From an uncultured Pelagibacteraceae bacterium (GTDB taxonomy: Bacteria; Pseudomonadota; Alphaproteobacteria; Pelagibacterales; Pelagibacteraceae), in NCBI GenBank assembly GCA_902629215.1, contig CACOQC010000002.1, positions 14,009 to 78,008 on the forward strand: a stretch of 64,000 nt of DNA, in the 5' to 3' direction. Made by a program: the position numbers and the translations under genes. The notes beneath the pieces were generated by a model that saw nothing but the letters and a program-made list of their open reading frames with translations, was not told the DNA's origin and ran no database searches. Positions 61,407 to 64,000 of the stretch are shown in pieces; position 1 is the first letter of the stretch; every line of letters starts with the position of its first letter.

Positions 61407-62156
61407 TTATCTTTCTACTAATTCTATTTTTTTTTCATTAACAAATTCTAGAATTTCAGAATTACACAAATCAATTTTTGACTGATCCTCTGAACGAATA
61501 ACTATTGAAACACCAAGTTTACCTGCATGAAAAAAAGGATAACTTCCTATTTCAACATCTTTATTTTTTTCTTGTATTTTAGTTAAAGAATTAGCAATTT
61601 CACTTTCTACTGTTCTCAAACTAATAGTGTGACTTAAAATTGGCTCACCACCTACTATTTTATTTTTTAATCCACCTAACATAGATTTTAAAATTGAAGG
61701 GACTCCTGGTAAACAAAATACATTATCAACATTAAAACCTGGGGCACCACTAGTAGGGTTTAAAATTAGTTCTGCTCCTTCAGGCATCCATACCATTTTT
61801 TGACGACCTTTATTAAATTCACCTGGCTTATAATAAGCTTCTAATAATTTAAAAGCTTCTTTATGTATTTGATATTTTCGATTGAAAGCTTTTGAGACAG
61901 ACTCTGCAGTAATATCATCATGTGTAGGCCCAATTCCACCAGTAGTAAAAACATAATTATAATTTTTTCTTAGTAAATTAAGAGTATCAATAATAATTTT
62001 TTCATCATCAGGAACAACTCTTACTTCGTTAACTTTAACACCAATAGAATTCAACCAGGTAGCTAAAGTGCTAGTATTGGTATCTTGAGTTCTCCCTGAA
62101 AGAATTTCATTACCAATTATTAATATAGCAGCATTTACTTTTGTGTTTTTACTCAT
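61407..62156 (-). CDS. CinA-like molybdopterin-binding domain protein
   Basis: IGNEILSGRTQDTN, TTGGIGPTHDDIT, LPGVP. Confidence 0.9.
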   Translation of the reverse strand: MSKNTKVNAAILIIGNEILSGRTQDTNTSTLATWLNSIGVKVNEVRVVPDDEKIIIDTLNLLRKNYNYVFTTGGIGPTHDDITAESVSKAFNRKYQIHKEAFKLLEAYYKPGEFNKGRQKMVWMPEGAELILNPTSGAPGFNVDNVFCLPGVPSILKSMLGGLKNKIVGGEPILSHTISLRTVESEIANSLTKIQEKNKDVEIGSYPFFHAGKLGVSIVIRSEDQSKIDLCNSEILEFVNEKKIELVER

Positions 62157-62176
62157 TTTATATGTATAATTTGAAA

Positions 62177-62875
62177 ATGGAATTTACCAAGTCTTTAATA
62201 AAAGGCAAACTAATCAAAAGATATAAGCGATTTTTTGTAGACGTTAACCTGGATAAACAAAAAGTCACAGCTCATTGCCCTAATACAGGGTCAATGAAAG
62301 GATTGTTGGATGAAGGTAATGAAGTTTATCTTTTAAAGAATGATGATCCAAAAAGAAAGCTTAAATATACACTTGAAATTATCAAAGCAAAAAAAAATCT
62401 AGTAGGTGTTAATACTCATTTAGCTAATAAAATCGTATACCATGCCCTATCTAACAATCTTATTAAAGAATTAAAAAATAGTAAAAACATCAAACCGGAA
62501 GTTTTTTTTAATAAAGAGACAAGATTTGATTTTCTAATAGAACAAAATAAGAAAAAAAGTTTTGTTGAAGTTAAAAATGTTACACTTTTTAGAGAAAAAA
62601 AAACTGCTGAATTTCCTGATGCTATAACTTCAAGAGGATCAAAACATCTACTTACCCTTATTGATGCCATAAAAAAAGGTTATAAATCTTATTTAATTTT
62701 TCTTGTTCAAATACAGAATATGGAAAACTTTAAGATAGCAAAAGATATTGATACTGATTATTATAAGAATTACCTTATTGCAAAAAAAGCAGGTGTTAAT
62801 TTTTTAGCTTATAGATGTTATATAAATTCAAAAAAAATTTTTATAGAAAAAAAACTAAAAATTATAAATGAATGA
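62177..62875 (+). CDS. sfsA: DNA/RNA nuclease SfsA
   Basis: RYKRF, AHCPNTGSM, RFDF, VEVKNVT, FPDAITSRGSKHL; probable ATG at 62177. Confidence 0.95.
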   Translation: MEFTKSLIKGKLIKRYKRFFVDVNLDKQKVTAHCPNTGSMKGLLDEGNEVYLLKNDDPKRKLKYTLEIIKAKKNLVGVNTHLANKIVYHALSNNLIKELKNSKNIKPEVFFNKETRFDFLIEQNKKKSFVEVKNVTLFREKKTAEFPDAITSRGSKHLLTLIDAIKKGYKSYLIFLVQIQNMENFKIAKDIDTDYYKNYLIAKKAGVNFLAYRCYINSKKIFIEKKLKIINE

Positions 62876-63641
62876 TTATTCTGAAAAATTTGAAAAAATG
62901 AGAATAGCTGGCAAGCTTGCTGCCCAAACTTTAGATATGTTAACTGACAATATTAAAGTAGGTGTGTCAACTAATCATATAGATAAACTTGGTTATGAAT
63001 TTATTAGAGATAATGGAGGTTATTCTGCCCCACTTTACTATAGAGGTTTTAAGAAATCCTTATGTACGTCCCTAAATCATGTTGTGTGTCATGGAATTCC
63101 TTCTGAGGATAGAATTTTAGAAGATGGTGACGCACTTAATGTAGATGTGACTGCAATAGTAAATGAACATTATGGAGACACAAGCAGAATGTTTTGCATA
63201 GGTAAAACTTCTGTAAAATTAAATAATTTAATTAATACAACCTATGAGTCTATGATGAAAGCAATTCAAATATTAAAACCTGGTATAAAACTTGGAGATA
63301 TTGGTTATGAAATCCAATCATATGTAGAAGACAAAGGATTTTCAGTTGTTAGAGATTTTTGTGGACATGGAATTAGTACAACTTTTCATGAACCACCTAA
63401 TATACTACACTACGGAAGTAAAAATACTGGAATAGAACTTAAACCAGGTATGACTTTTACAATTGAACCAATGATCAATGCAGGTAAATTAGATGTAAAA
63501 ATGCTAAATGATGGTTGGACTGCTGTTACAAAAGATAAATCTTTATCAGCACAATTTGAACATACATTAGGAATTACTGAAAATGGTTATGAAATCTTTA
63601 CAGAATCTGCTAAAGGATATTCTAAACCACCTTACAATTAA
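62868..63641 (+). CDS. map: Methionine aminopeptidase type I
   Basis: CHGIP, NVDVT, GDTSRM, GHGI, FTIEPMIN, AQFEHT. Confidence 0.97.
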   Translation: MNDYSEKFEKMRIAGKLAAQTLDMLTDNIKVGVSTNHIDKLGYEFIRDNGGYSAPLYYRGFKKSLCTSLNHVVCHGIPSEDRILEDGDALNVDVTAIVNEHYGDTSRMFCIGKTSVKLNNLINTTYESMMKAIQILKPGIKLGDIGYEIQSYVEDKGFSVVRDFCGHGISTTFHEPPNILHYGSKNTGIELKPGMTFTIEPMINAGKLDVKMLNDGWTAVTKDKSLSAQFEHTLGITENGYEIFTESAKGYSKPPYN

Positions 63642-64000
63642 TGATAAAAAGATACTCTCGTAAAGAACTCACTGATATTTGGTCAGAAGAAAACAAATAT
63701 AAAATTTGGCTTCGGGTTGAAATAGCTGCAGCTGAAGCAATGGAAAAACTTGGTCAAATTCCAAGAGGTGTTTCGTCTATAGTTAAAAAAAAAGCAAAAA
63801 TTAACGTTAAAAGAATTCATCAAATAGAAAGTCAAGTTAAGCATGATGTTATAGCTTTTCTAACATCTATAACTGAAAAAGCTGGTTTGAAAGCTAGATA
63901 CCTTCATCAAGGTATGACATCATCTGATGTTTTAGATACAAGCTTCAACTTACAATTAGTTCAATCAGGTAAAATAATTCTTAAAGATATAGACCAAATT
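63641..64000 (+). CDS. purB: Adenylosuccinate lyase, 5' part (runs off the window end)
   Basis: Manual translation MIKRYSRKELTDIWSEENKY...KHDVIAFL...HQGMTSSDVLDT. Confidence 0.95.
   Translation, partial: MIKRYSRKELTDIWSEENKYKIWLRVEIAAAEAMEKLGQIPRGVSSIVKKKAKINVKRIHQIESQVKHDVIAFLTSITEKAGLKARYLHQGMTSSDVLDTSFNLQLVQSGKIILKDIDQI

Overview
AT-rich, tightly packed alphaproteobacterial chromosome segment. Gene content and compactness point to SAR11/Pelagibacterales (inference). 1-15.3 kb is a core translation/transcription block: fusA (partial), rpsG, rpsL, rpoC, rpoB, rplLJAK, nusG, secE, tuf, rlmB and tRNA-Trp/Gly/Tyr/Thr. An accessory region starts at tRNA-Thr(TGT). It holds (i) a 1.5-kb integrase-less islet bounded by a 50-bp duplication of the tRNA 3' part, with arm-site-like repeats at both ends, carrying a truncated globin and a PP2C phosphatase; (ii) a four-gene type IIS-like restriction-modification locus; (iii) a type I-like export locus with no ABC ATPase (M50 peptidase-adaptor fusion, two more adaptors, extended TolC) next to a 1684-aa LEPR-XLL/DUF4347/VCBS adhesin; (iv) a carbamoyltransferase cassette. 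Next comes a sulfonate desulfonation and sulfite handling cluster (xsc, suyAB, tauE-like, aprMBA), then mostly housekeeping genes up to a partial purB. All product calls are by eye from translated sequence; no database search was run.
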